Shown: positions 8,266-16,137, counted from the first letter of the stretch. The stretch: DNA of 32,000 nucleotides from Microcystis aeruginosa NIES-843 (GCF_000010625.1 NC_010296.1:3870001-3902000), one strand, 5' to 3'. The notes: generated from the letters alone by a model not told the origin. A program made the numbers and translations.

Positions 8266-8367
8266 ACAGCGAGCCTAAATGAAAGGTAAACGTCCTCTTC
8301 TAGAGCCTACCCATTCACGAGTCAATTAGGCACACTATAACTAATAACTGATAATCGATAACTGATA

Positions 8368-9075
8368 ATGTTGGTTCCCCTTACCCGTCAATCGATCGAG
8401 CAAATTGTCCCGATTATCGCCACAGGTCCCCAGTACGCTCACTATTGGGGTAAATGGTCTGATTTTCTGCGCCGTTTATTCATTTCTATCATCGCTCTCA
8501 CCGCAGCTTGGTTAATCGGTAATTTATTCGGCCCGGGTGGTTTAACAATTAAACTGATTTTCGACATTATCGCCGGTTTATATTGGCTCTGGGGTCCGGT
8601 TTACTGGGCCAGTGTTCGCAATAATACCTATCGTCGTCTTCCCTACGGGGGGTTTTGGCGCGGTCGCGTTTTCGATGCTTTTGTCACCGAGGAATTAATC
8701 GGGGAAGAAGAAAGGGTCAATAAACGCGGGGAATTAGAGATTATCGAAAATCGCCAACGCTGTATTAATCTAGAAATCGGTGATCAAACTGGCTTTTCGG
8801 CGATCGTTCGCGCTCCCCTCAAACGCATCCATAAATCGATCCGTCCCGGGATGGTGGCCGAAGCTTTGTTAATGTCTCGAGACCCCGATTTAGGGGATAT
8901 CAATCAGCTTTCTGATGTCCATCTTCCCCAACTCGACCAGTGGATAGGGGAATATCCTGTGCTGCGACGGGATATTTTTCAGCAAGTTAGCGGCGAATTG
9001 GGAGGGGGAAAAGAACCCCGGCCAAAACCTTCTCGTTATTCTAATAATGTCATCCGAAGACGCAAAACCCGTTAA
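8368..9075 (+). CDS. hypothetical membrane protein (two N-terminal hydrophobic helices, basic C-terminal tail)
   Basis: Long ORF with typical core-gene composition. No family recognised. The start codon is embedded in an ATAACTG heptamer array. Confidence 0.7.
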   Translation: MLVPLTRQSIEQIVPIIATGPQYAHYWGKWSDFLRRLFISIIALTAAWLIGNLFGPGGLTIKLIFDIIAGLYWLWGPVYWASVRNNTYRRLPYGGFWRGRVFDAFVTEELIGEEERVNKRGELEIIENRQRCINLEIGDQTGFSAIVRAPLKRIHKSIRPGMVAEALLMSRDPDLGDINQLSDVHLPQLDQWIGEYPVLRRDIFQQVSGELGGGKEPRPKPSRYSNNVIRRRKTR

Positions 9076-9241
9076 TTTGTCGGCGATCTTTGAAAAGATA
9101 CCAGTTTCTCAGTCATCAATGAATCATAATTTACAGATTTTGGGTAATTTAATCCTTGTTTTTGCCGTTTTTGAACCATCAAAAATTAATTATGCAAGAG
9201 GTTTAATATAATGTTAATTGAGCTTAGAAGGAGATAAATCG

Positions 9242-9673
9242 ATGACGGCATCCTATGAGCAAGACTTTGGACTTTGGGCCGAACAAATGGCCGATTTATT
9301 AGCTTCCGGTCGGTTTTCCGAGTTAGATATTGAGAATTTAGTCGAAGAGGTGCGGGATTTGTCGAAACGGGAGCGCGATCGCTTACTCGCTAGTCTAAGA
9401 TTAATTTTGCATCATTTATTAAAGTGGGACTATCAACCTCAACGGCGATCCAGGGGTTGGTTGGGAACTATTCAGGGAGAAAAAGCTAATATTAGGCTTT
9501 ATTTGGACGATAGCCCCAGTTTAAAGCGATATTTAACCGATGAAAGCCTATTTAAACTCTATGCTGTTGCTTGTTGCGATGCCTTTAGAGAGACGGGATT
9601 AGAGTTTCCCCCAGTTTGTCCCTACGGTATTGAGGATATTTTAAATCGTTCTCTTCATTTGTCGGAACGATAG
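9242..9673 (+). CDS. DUF29 domain protein
   Basis: YEQDFGLWAEQMADLLASGRFSELDIENLVEEV...HLLKWDYQPQRRSRGW is the characteristic DUF29 N-terminal pattern. ATG 9242 is preceded by GGAG. Confidence 0.85.
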   Translation: MTASYEQDFGLWAEQMADLLASGRFSELDIENLVEEVRDLSKRERDRLLASLRLILHHLLKWDYQPQRRSRGWLGTIQGEKANIRLYLDDSPSLKRYLTDESLFKLYAVACCDAFRETGLEFPPVCPYGIEDILNRSLHLSER

Positions 9674-9746
9674 ACGAATCTCCTCACCTAACGGAAGATT
9701 TTTGATTTTTGCAAGAGATCTATTTTGGTTCGTTGGACGCACCCTT

Positions 9747-11948
9747 CTACTCTGTCTGAACAAAAGTAGAGGTTATGAACACAATAACTGTAAGACTTAT
9801 TAAGATTAATGTTCCGACAACCAGATCCGATTGTGGCTTAAAATGGTTAAGGCTGAAAAGTCGGTCAATTCCGATTAGTACCCAAGATAAAACTAAGAAA
9901 CCGAAAATAAACTCTGCTAATCTTTCACTTAGTGGCTGGACAATATAATTCCATTCCTCTTCAAGTGTCCTACCTGTAGATAAAGCACCGTAAAACATGA
10001 ATACAAGGTAAGAAATTATTAATGTAGTAAAAGTCACCAAAGAAATCCAGGGATAAGTTCCAGATATCCGAATCAACGCTAGGTTAGCAAGGATATTTAC
10101 ACTTAATGCCCAAATGATTAACAGAATCCACTCCAAGTAGTATCGTCTTAAATTTGACTCCACAGATAAGACTATCTCGGCTAAAACACCATATATTAAT
10201 TTGCTTAGTGGAGCAAGACTATAAAAGATAGACACGATGAACATGATTGGAATCACCGCAACAATAAAGGTAAGCCAAAAAGTAACATAATGCAGCGAAC
10301 AGAACAGGAATACTACAAAAAAACGTAGGCTCACAACTACCATACGGATAGTGAGCAGAATTGTCCTAAGTGAAACATCAGCTAATGCGTTGGATAACAA
10401 GAGAATAGGATTACGAGATCCGTTTGCTACTGAATATTCTCTCCATGTAAACATCAGGATATTTTCGACTATTGGTTCAAGCACAACTCCTAGGGAAAAA
10501 ACGTAATAAAATGGCGATAAGACTGTGTTTTCAATTGTATCCTTGGCAAACGCACCAATTCCCTCAATTACAGATACGAGGGTGGTTTCCTTTAAGCATC
10601 GGTCAATTAAGTGACATATCATTACAACAATATAAAAGACTAAACTTCCTATTAAACAATAAACAATTAATGGGATAGGAATCCACTGTTTAGCAACAAA
10701 GGCAATTAAGACCTGAAGTGAGATAATAAATAAGAATCTAATTGTGTCCCTAGATGCTTTTAAGGTAATTTCCCGAATCTGGACTGGAATTTTAAAAGTG
10801 GGACAATGATTTATGAAATCGATAAGTTTACGGAGTAACAAAATATGCTCTTGATTTTTCTTGTTGGCCTTTATTAGCATATTTTCTACTAAGAGGCGAA
10901 ATTGACTATCGTTGTAATTAAAAAAGTAATTTGAAAAACTTTCAAGCTTGGGATTTGTTCGTCTCAACGACTTTCTTAAAGTATCTACAAATTCAGAATA
11001 ATGAGGTGTTTTATCCGCGTAAGTGCGAGCTAAACTTTTTAAGTCCTCAACAAAATGAGTAAACCCCAATTCATAATTATTGTCCTGCTCAAATATTTTT
11101 AACACAAGAAAATCTACTTCTGTTGTTGACATATCGGTTATTTCTCTGCGTATTTCTTCTTTTGCTTTCCATATCTCTTCATCTATTGCCCGTAGCTCTT
11201 GCTGTAATCGTCGCTCGGTCTCATAGTATTCATAAGAACGACCTGAAGAATAACTTGCTATTCTCAGCTTTGACAATTCTTGCTCTTTCTCTTTTTTATA
11301 ATTTGATTTGGGTAAAGCATCTAATTTACTTTGTTCAATAACTAATCGATAATAACGATCTTCCACTGACTTTTGCATCCTGTCTATTTTATCTGGAAGT
11401 AATTGCCATTCTTTATATTCTTCACGAATTTGTTTAATCCGCTCCTCGGTAAAGTATTTTCGGATATATTCTTCTTTGTTATATCGTTGTTGATAATCAT
11501 AATTGATAAATCCCCAAGCAGCGCACCATAAAATCAGTAAAAACAAGGGAGTTAACTCATTTGATCCATGTTGGATGACTTTCTCAAATAAATAGTCACC
11601 AGCAATAGCAACTACACTGGCAATGATAATTCTAGTAGGGGTTAAATCTTTAAATTTTGGATTCAATAAAAGTAGAAAAAGAATTACAATACATGATCTG
11701 ATCACAAACTGATTCGCTTGCAGGAAAGCAAGAAAAGTAAATATTAGGGAAGGTAGGGAAGTTGAAGACTGGCTAAAATAAGAGCTAGTAAACCTAACTC
11801 CTGTTAATAAATATAAAACGAATAAGCATAGAAACAGCGCGCAGATAGTAAAGGGAAAACGATGTCCATAGAAATGGAATTCGATATCACGAGCGATGTC
11901 GCTTTTATCTTTAGATGTCGTATCCATGTTTCTTTTTTTGTTGCCCAT
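9747..11948 (-). CDS. orphan 733-aa polytopic membrane protein with central charged coiled-coil region
   Basis: Uninterrupted 2.2-kb ORF. ATG 11948 is preceded by AGGAGG. By eye there are ~5 N-terminal hydrophobic helices, a ~240-aa K/E/R-rich region and ~9-10 C-terminal helices. The DNA is AT-rich and no HIP1 was found. Confidence 0.8.
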   Translation of the reverse strand: MGNKKRNMDTTSKDKSDIARDIEFHFYGHRFPFTICALFLCLFVLYLLTGVRFTSSYFSQSSTSLPSLIFTFLAFLQANQFVIRSCIVILFLLLLNPKFKDLTPTRIIIASVVAIAGDYLFEKVIQHGSNELTPLFLLILWCAAWGFINYDYQQRYNKEEYIRKYFTEERIKQIREEYKEWQLLPDKIDRMQKSVEDRYYRLVIEQSKLDALPKSNYKKEKEQELSKLRIASYSSGRSYEYYETERRLQQELRAIDEEIWKAKEEIRREITDMSTTEVDFLVLKIFEQDNNYELGFTHFVEDLKSLARTYADKTPHYSEFVDTLRKSLRRTNPKLESFSNYFFNYNDSQFRLLVENMLIKANKKNQEHILLLRKLIDFINHCPTFKIPVQIREITLKASRDTIRFLFIISLQVLIAFVAKQWIPIPLIVYCLIGSLVFYIVVMICHLIDRCLKETTLVSVIEGIGAFAKDTIENTVLSPFYYVFSLGVVLEPIVENILMFTWREYSVANGSRNPILLLSNALADVSLRTILLTIRMVVVSLRFFVVFLFCSLHYVTFWLTFIVAVIPIMFIVSIFYSLAPLSKLIYGVLAEIVLSVESNLRRYYLEWILLIIWALSVNILANLALIRISGTYPWISLVTFTTLIISYLVFMFYGALSTGRTLEEEWNYIVQPLSERLAEFIFGFLVLSWVLIGIDRLFSLNHFKPQSDLVVGTLILISLTVIVFITSTFVQTE

Positions 11949-12044
11949 CTCTCCTCCTGAAAACTGGACTGAACACAATAGTCTCGTGAATCAAATGTAG
12001 CACTGCTTTAGAAAACTGTTAGGCTTATCATCTACAACCCTAAG

Positions 12045-12153
12045 TCAATGGGTGCTGGGTAAATTATACTTGATCGCATTCGGATCTCGATGACCGATCA
12101 ACGCCCGTAAAGCCTCATCATCCTCACGGTGCTTTAGAACATAGTGCGAACAC
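12045..12153 (-). pseudogene. possible RelE/ParE-type toxin C-terminal remnant
   Basis: The minus-strand frame reads ...HYVLKHREDDEALRALIGHRDPNAIKYNLPSTH*. The IGHR..(x)Y tail resembles RelE/ParE C-termini. The upstream part is replaced by a MITE-3 terminal fragment at 12163-12174. The call is weak. Confidence 0.25.
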
Positions 12154-12311
12154 CTGATCTGGTAGGGTGTGTGTAGGTTAGCAAATAAGTGAGATCTGAT
12201 TGCCAACTATTGATATCTCAACAGCTGCTAACTTACAAGGCTTTTCGAGGGGTTAGGAGTCGGTCTTCAGTATTCAGGACTCAGTATTCAGATGCGGGTT
12301 TTCAGATTTTT

Positions 12312-12426
12312 TAGGGTGCGTTAGGTGGCCACCAATTCTGTTAAAAAAACAAAATCAATAATCCGCACCCGACGCAGCAAATTTATTGTTAAATTGGTGC
12401 ATTATGCTTTCGCACTTCACACCCTA
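12312..12426 (+). mobile_element. MITE family 3, left copy (~115 bp)
   Basis: TAGGGTGCG...CCAATTCTGTTAAAAAAACAAAATCAATAATCCGC...GCAGCAAATTTATTGTTAAATTGGTG...CACACCCTA. It aligns along its full length with 13104-13218. Confidence 0.8.
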
Positions 12427-12531
12427 AGAGTGGTACGAAGTTGAAGGGTGATCGTTCTTGTCGGTGGGGTGGAGTGCGATCTCTGTCATCGAATAAGATA
12501 TAATTGGGAAGGTAAAAATAGTTAAAGCATT

Positions 12532-12756
12532 ATGAGTTACCAAAACATTATTACCATTGAACCTGGAAAACGAAGCGGAAAACCCTGCATTCGAGGAATG
12601 CGTATAACTGTGTACGATATTCTAGAATATTTAGCAGCAGGAATGACAGAAGCAGAAATTCTTGAGGATTTTTCAGAATTAACTTCCGAGGATATCAAAG
12701 CTTGTTTGGCTTTTGCTGCTGATCGAGAGAAAAAATTATTTATCACCTCTTTATGA
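12532..12756 (+). CDS. DUF433 domain protein (antitoxin-like partner)
   Basis: GKRSGKPCIRGMRITVYDILEYLAAGMTEAEILEDFSELTSEDIKACLAFAA is the DUF433 signature. It overlaps the next gene by 4 nt (ATGA). Confidence 0.85.
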   Translation: MSYQNIITIEPGKRSGKPCIRGMRITVYDILEYLAAGMTEAEILEDFSELTSEDIKACLAFAADREKKLFITSL

Positions 12757-13085
12757 AACTGTTATTAGATGAAAATTTGTCAGATCGGATTATTGATAAA
12801 ATAATTGATTTATATTCTGATTCCCAGCACGTCAAGACTTTAGGGCTGATCAATACTGATGATGCACTTATCTGGGAATTTGCCAAATTCAACGATTTTG
12901 TAATTGTCTCTAAAGATGCCGATTTTCATCAGCGCAGTCTATTATATGGTCATCCACCAAAATTTATCTATCTTCGTATTGGTAATAGTCCCACTGCAAA
13001 GATTATCGAAATTTTAAGAGGTTATTTTTTAATTATTGTTGAATTTTTTGATAGTGAAACAGAAAGTCTGTTGATATTAGGTTGA
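12753..13085 (+). CDS. DUF5615 family PIN-like protein (toxin-like partner)
   Basis: The MKLLLDENLS start and VIVSKDADF motif are typical of DUF5615. It is translationally coupled to the DUF433 gene. Confidence 0.8.
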   Translation: MKLLLDENLSDRIIDKIIDLYSDSQHVKTLGLINTDDALIWEFAKFNDFVIVSKDADFHQRSLLYGHPPKFIYLRIGNSPTAKIIEILRGYFLIIVEFFDSETESLLILG

Positions 13086-13103
13086 GTGCGATCGCTGATC
13101 TGG

Positions 13104-13218
13104 TAGGGTGTGTGTTTGCGGCTACCAATTCTGTTAAAAAACCAAAATCAATAATCCGCTCCCCACGCAGCAAATTTATTATTAAATTGGTGTGTTACGC
13201 TATCGCTAACACACCCTA
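13104..13218 (+). mobile_element. MITE family 3, right copy
   Basis: TAGGGTGTGTGT...CACACCCTA termini (TIR GTAGGGTGTGT). It starts 18 nt after the DUF5615 stop. Confidence 0.8.
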
Positions 13219-13221
13219 CTG

Positions 13222-13320
13222 GATTGTTTCAGTTAATTTGGTGTATTAGAAAAATGCTATAAATTCTATAATTTAAGACTTTAAGCCGAAATCTATTGCC
13301 CTATTTTAGCTGAAACAGTC
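13222..13320. mobile_element. 99-bp TIR element inserted in hicA
   Basis: Termini are GATTGTTTCAG (13222-13232) and CTGAAACAGTC (13310-13320), an 11-nt inverted repeat with one mismatch. The interior is AT-rich. The hicA reading frame breaks where it begins. Confidence 0.55.
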
Positions 13321-13399
13321 CACTGCGTTTAATTTTCCAACCTATGCTTTTTAATGCTTTTAAAACTTGTTTGGCTTTCGTTGCTGACCATTGACTCAT
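13301..13399 (-). pseudogene. hicA: hicA toxin gene, truncated after ~27 native codons
   Basis: MSQWSATKAKQVLKALKSIGWKIKRSG matches the HicA/YcfA N-terminus (KA..L..L...GW...R..GSH...). The frame then reads into the TIR element and stops (LFQLK*). The ATG overlaps the hicB stop (ATGA). Confidence 0.7.
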
Positions 13400-13602
13400 A
13401 GAGCAACAAATGATAAATTTAGGTGATTTTCTGGAAGTTCTCCCTGTTCAAGTTGATCGGCTAAGACACGCAAGGCAAGTGCTTGAACTTTAGCAATAGC
13501 TTCCTGTTGACTATTGCCATAGACTAAAACTCCCGGAAGTTCGACGATTTCAGCAATATATTGTCCATCTTCTTCTTGTTCTATGTCAATCTTATAATTC
13601 AT
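13396..13602 (-). CDS. hicB: HicB-family antitoxin (short UPF0150-type)
   Basis: MNYKIDIEQEEDGQYIAEIVELPGVLVYGNSQQEAIAKVQ is the HicB N-domain pattern. ATG 13602 is preferred over the track start at 13695. Confidence 0.8.
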   Translation of the reverse strand: MNYKIDIEQEEDGQYIAEIVELPGVLVYGNSQQEAIAKVQALALRVLADQLEQGELPENHLNLSFVAL

Positions 13603-13705
13603 TTGAGAATTACCTATGGGATGACCTGCTGTCTTGATTATATTAGATTTTATAGCCGCTCTTGTCGGTTGGATTGACCCAAGTAAACCCAACACACATT
13701 AGATA

Positions 13706-13917
13706 GGGTTTGCCGAAAAAGCTTTTCGTGGGGGCAGGGTGTGGGGTGTGGGGTGTGGGGTGTGGGGTTTTACCAGTTTTGAGGTGGTCAACTACCTAAT
13801 TTTCAGGGAAAAAGTACCTGAATTTTCCCCCGATCCCCGCAATGGCTGGCACTTTTTGAGGGGAAAAAAGTCCAAAAGTCTTATCCAACAAGGTTTTTAG
13901 ATTTATTCAGCAGACCC
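13706..13917 (-). mobile_element. MITE family 1, copy 3
   Basis: GGGTTTGCCGAAAAAGC ... ATTTATTCAGCAGACCC, with TA at 13704-13705 and 13918-13919. The (GGGGTGT) block is at 13730-13767. Confidence 0.85.
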
Positions 13918-13923
13918 TAGATA

Positions 13924-14093
13924 GGGTTTGCCGAAAAAGCTTTTCGTGGGGTTAGGAGTCGGTCCGGATGAAAAAATTTTCACCCCCACAGATGAAAGAG
14001 GTTTCTTTTCCCACTTCCCCACTTCCCCACTTCCCCACTTCCCCACTTCCCCACTTCCCCAATCCCCTATACCTTTTAAAGAGGATTTAGTAT
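13924..14093 (-). mobile_element. chimeric MITE (family-1 terminus at one end, family-2 terminus at the other) carrying an octamer array
   Basis: It starts GGGTTTGCCGAAAAAGCTTTTCGTGGGG, identical to the copy-3 terminus, after TA 13922-13923. It ends ...CCCCTATACCTTTTAAAGAGGATTTAGTAT, the reverse complement of the type-B family-2 left end (compare 25033-25060). Confidence 0.6.
14014..14061. repeat. tandem octamer (CTTCCCCA)x6
   Basis: Six perfect consecutive units counted directly in the sequence. Confidence 0.95.
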
Positions 14094-14566
14094 TAGCCTG
14101 TATCAGCATTTCTGATTCTATAGTTAAGTTTGGCTAATAACAGCTTATTTTTAGTTCTTTGTCAAGCCCCTATTATAATTTTTAATCTCTGACCTTTAAC
14201 CCGATTTGACATTTATCTTAAAAATCTGGTTTTTTGTAGCGAAGAAAACAGTTTTATTAACCATTATCTGCATCGATAGAGAGAAATCGAGGAGGGCTGA
14301 TAATCCTTGAAAGCCTTGTCAATACTAGCATTATTCCCTCTCAAAATTTCACTAATTCCCTAAGTTTTCCTAACCTTGATCCCCTCTAGGACACAAAAAA
14401 TTAAAAACCCTTTATCTTAACTTGGTTTTTAGCGCCAGTCAACCCTTTATTTAAATTTTTGATTCTCTTGCCCGATAACGATATAAATTCTCGTAATGAC
14501 CAACCGATTTTCCGTGATACGGTTGAACAGAAAGCAACCAAGTTAGCTCTGCAAGCACAAAGGAAT

Positions 14567-14607
14567 GTTAGCAAGTTCCTTCAGCTTTGCATTGGGAACT
14601 TGCTAAC
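14567..14607 (+). promoter_or_regulatory. perfect 13-bp stem-loop in the rlpA leader
   Basis: GTTAGCAAGTTCC (14567-14579) pairs with GGAACTTGCTAAC (14595-14607) around a 15-nt loop. The 3' arm ends 17 nt before the rlpA ATG. No T-run follows. Confidence 0.5.
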
Positions 14608-14624
14608 GCACAATAAGAAAGTCT

Positions 14625-15374
14625 ATGAATAAACAACTGATCAACAAACTACAAGCTGTAACTGCCCTTACCGTAGTGGGGACTACAGCCTCGATAATTT
14701 GTTCCCAGACAGCAGGACACAGCAACAGCCTGACGGATATTAGCTTAGGTCGTCAAACTGTTATCGAGTCCACTTCTCAAACCATTCTGTCCGCTTTTTC
14801 TAATAGTCGAACAACTGATTCAGATATTAAAGTATCACGTTCGGTTCAAGATAATGCTAACGAAATTCTAAAAACTTTGGAGTCCCTAGTGGACAAAGAA
14901 AATACCGTCCCTGCAAGCGTTACACCCCAGACCCAAGAGGCCATTCCTTCGACGGGACAACCCCAATCACAACCCAATCAAGTCAAGCCGGCCCCGGCTA
15001 ATGCCCCAGCCAGCAATCCTGCCTCAGTGACACCAGCAGAGAAGCCGAAAACAAGCCCAGCGGTAAAAACCAGCAGTCGCCCCCGTAAAAAGGGAATGGC
15101 CTCTTGGTATGGTCCTGGTTTCCACGGTCGTCGCACCGCTAGTGGTGAGACTTTTAACTCTAGTAGTTTAACCGCCGCCCATCGCTATCTACCTTTCGGC
15201 ACCAAGGTTAGGGTAACTAATCTGCGTAACGGGCGCTCGGTGGTGGTGCGAATTAACGATCGCGGTCCGTTTAGCGGTGGTCGCGTCATCGATCTCTCCA
15301 GAGGTGCGGCAGCGATTATCGGTGTTTTCCAATCGGGAGTTGCCCCGGTTGTCTTGGAAGTTTTAGGCAGATAA
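14625..15374 (+). CDS. rlpA: septal ring lytic transglycosylase RlpA family protein
   Basis: The C-terminal DPBB domain is [22 protein letters not shown]...[22 protein letters not shown]. There is an N-terminal signal-like segment and a P/Q/A-rich linker. Confidence 0.9.
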   Translation: MNKQLINKLQAVTALTVVGTTASIICSQTAGHSNSLTDISLGRQTVIESTSQTILSAFSNSRTTDSDIKVSRSVQDNANEILKTLESLVDKENTVPASVTPQTQEAIPSTGQPQSQPNQVKPAPANAPASNPASVTPAEKPKTSPAVKTSSRPRKKGMASWYGPGFHGRRTASGETFNSSSLTAAHRYLPFGTKVRVTNLRNGRSVVVRINDRGPFSGGRVIDLSRGAAAIIGVFQSGVAPVVLEVLGR

Positions 15375-15435
15375 TCAGTGATCACTATGGCAGTGATCAC
15401 TGCTATAGTGATCCTATTGGGATTTGACTGGGTTT

Positions 15436-16137
15436 ATGTTAGAAATTAGCGATTTATCGGTTAATTATGGCGGAATAAAGGCATTACAGCAGGTTAGCTT
15501 AAGGGTAGAAAAAGGGGAAATTGTCACCCTGATTGGAGCGAACGGAGCAGGAAAAACGACGACTCTAAAGACGATATCTCGGATTTTAACGGCAAAGACG
15601 GGGCGAATAATTTATCAAGGTCAAGATATTACCCATTTACCACCCCATGAAATCGTTAAACGGGGAATTGCCCATAGTCCGGAAGGGAGAAGAATCTTAG
15701 CGCGTCAAACAGTCTTGACAAATTTGCAGTTAGGTGCTTATACGAGAAGCGATCGCCTAGGAGTAAAAAGCGATATCGAAGAGCAGTTGCAACTATTTCC
15801 CCGACTATCGGAGCGCCGAGAGCAGTTAGCGGGAACCCTAAGCGGTGGGGAACAGCAGATGCTGGCGATTGCCAGAGCTTTAATGAGTCGTCCCAAGTTA
15901 TTGTTACTAGACGAACCCAGTTTAGGACTAGCGCCGCAGATAGTGCGAGAAATCTTCAGTATTATCCGTCAATTAAACGAATCGGGAGTAACTATCCTGT
16001 TAGTGGAACAAAACGCCAATTTAGCCCTAGAAACTGCCAATCGCGGCTATGTTTTGGCAGCGGGACGCTTGACTATCGCGGGAGAAGCCGGGGATTTACT
16101 CAGGGATGAGCGGGTCAAACAAGCTTATTTGGGTTAA
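15436..16137 (+). CDS. livF: ABC transporter ATP-binding protein, LivF/NatE type (branched-chain/neutral amino acid)
   Basis: Walker A is GANGAGKTT, the signature is LSGGEQQM and Walker B is LLLLDEPS. GIAHSPEGRRI is typical of LivF. No cognate permease or binding-protein genes are adjacent. Confidence 0.85.
   Translation: MLEISDLSVNYGGIKALQQVSLRVEKGEIVTLIGANGAGKTTTLKTISRILTAKTGRIIYQGQDITHLPPHEIVKRGIAHSPEGRRILARQTVLTNLQLGAYTRSDRLGVKSDIEEQLQLFPRLSERREQLAGTLSGGEQQMLAIARALMSRPKLLLLDEPSLGLAPQIVREIFSIIRQLNESGVTILLVEQNANLALETANRGYVLAAGRLTIAGEAGDLLRDERVKQAYLG

Noticed and set aside
7997-8367. Cobalamin riboswitch expected upstream of the Uma2-cobJ operon
   Set aside because: No B12-box-like sequence was seen. 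The spacer is occupied by the 100-bp repeat and a heptamer array.
13903-14137. Two overlapping ORFs (68 aa on the minus strand, 69 aa on the plus strand) across the octamer array
   Set aside because: Both are translations of the CTTCCCCA tandem repeat and MITE sequence (GSGEVGKWGSGEVGKW / FPTSPLPHFPTSPLP). There is no start context, and they lie on opposite strands of the same repeat.
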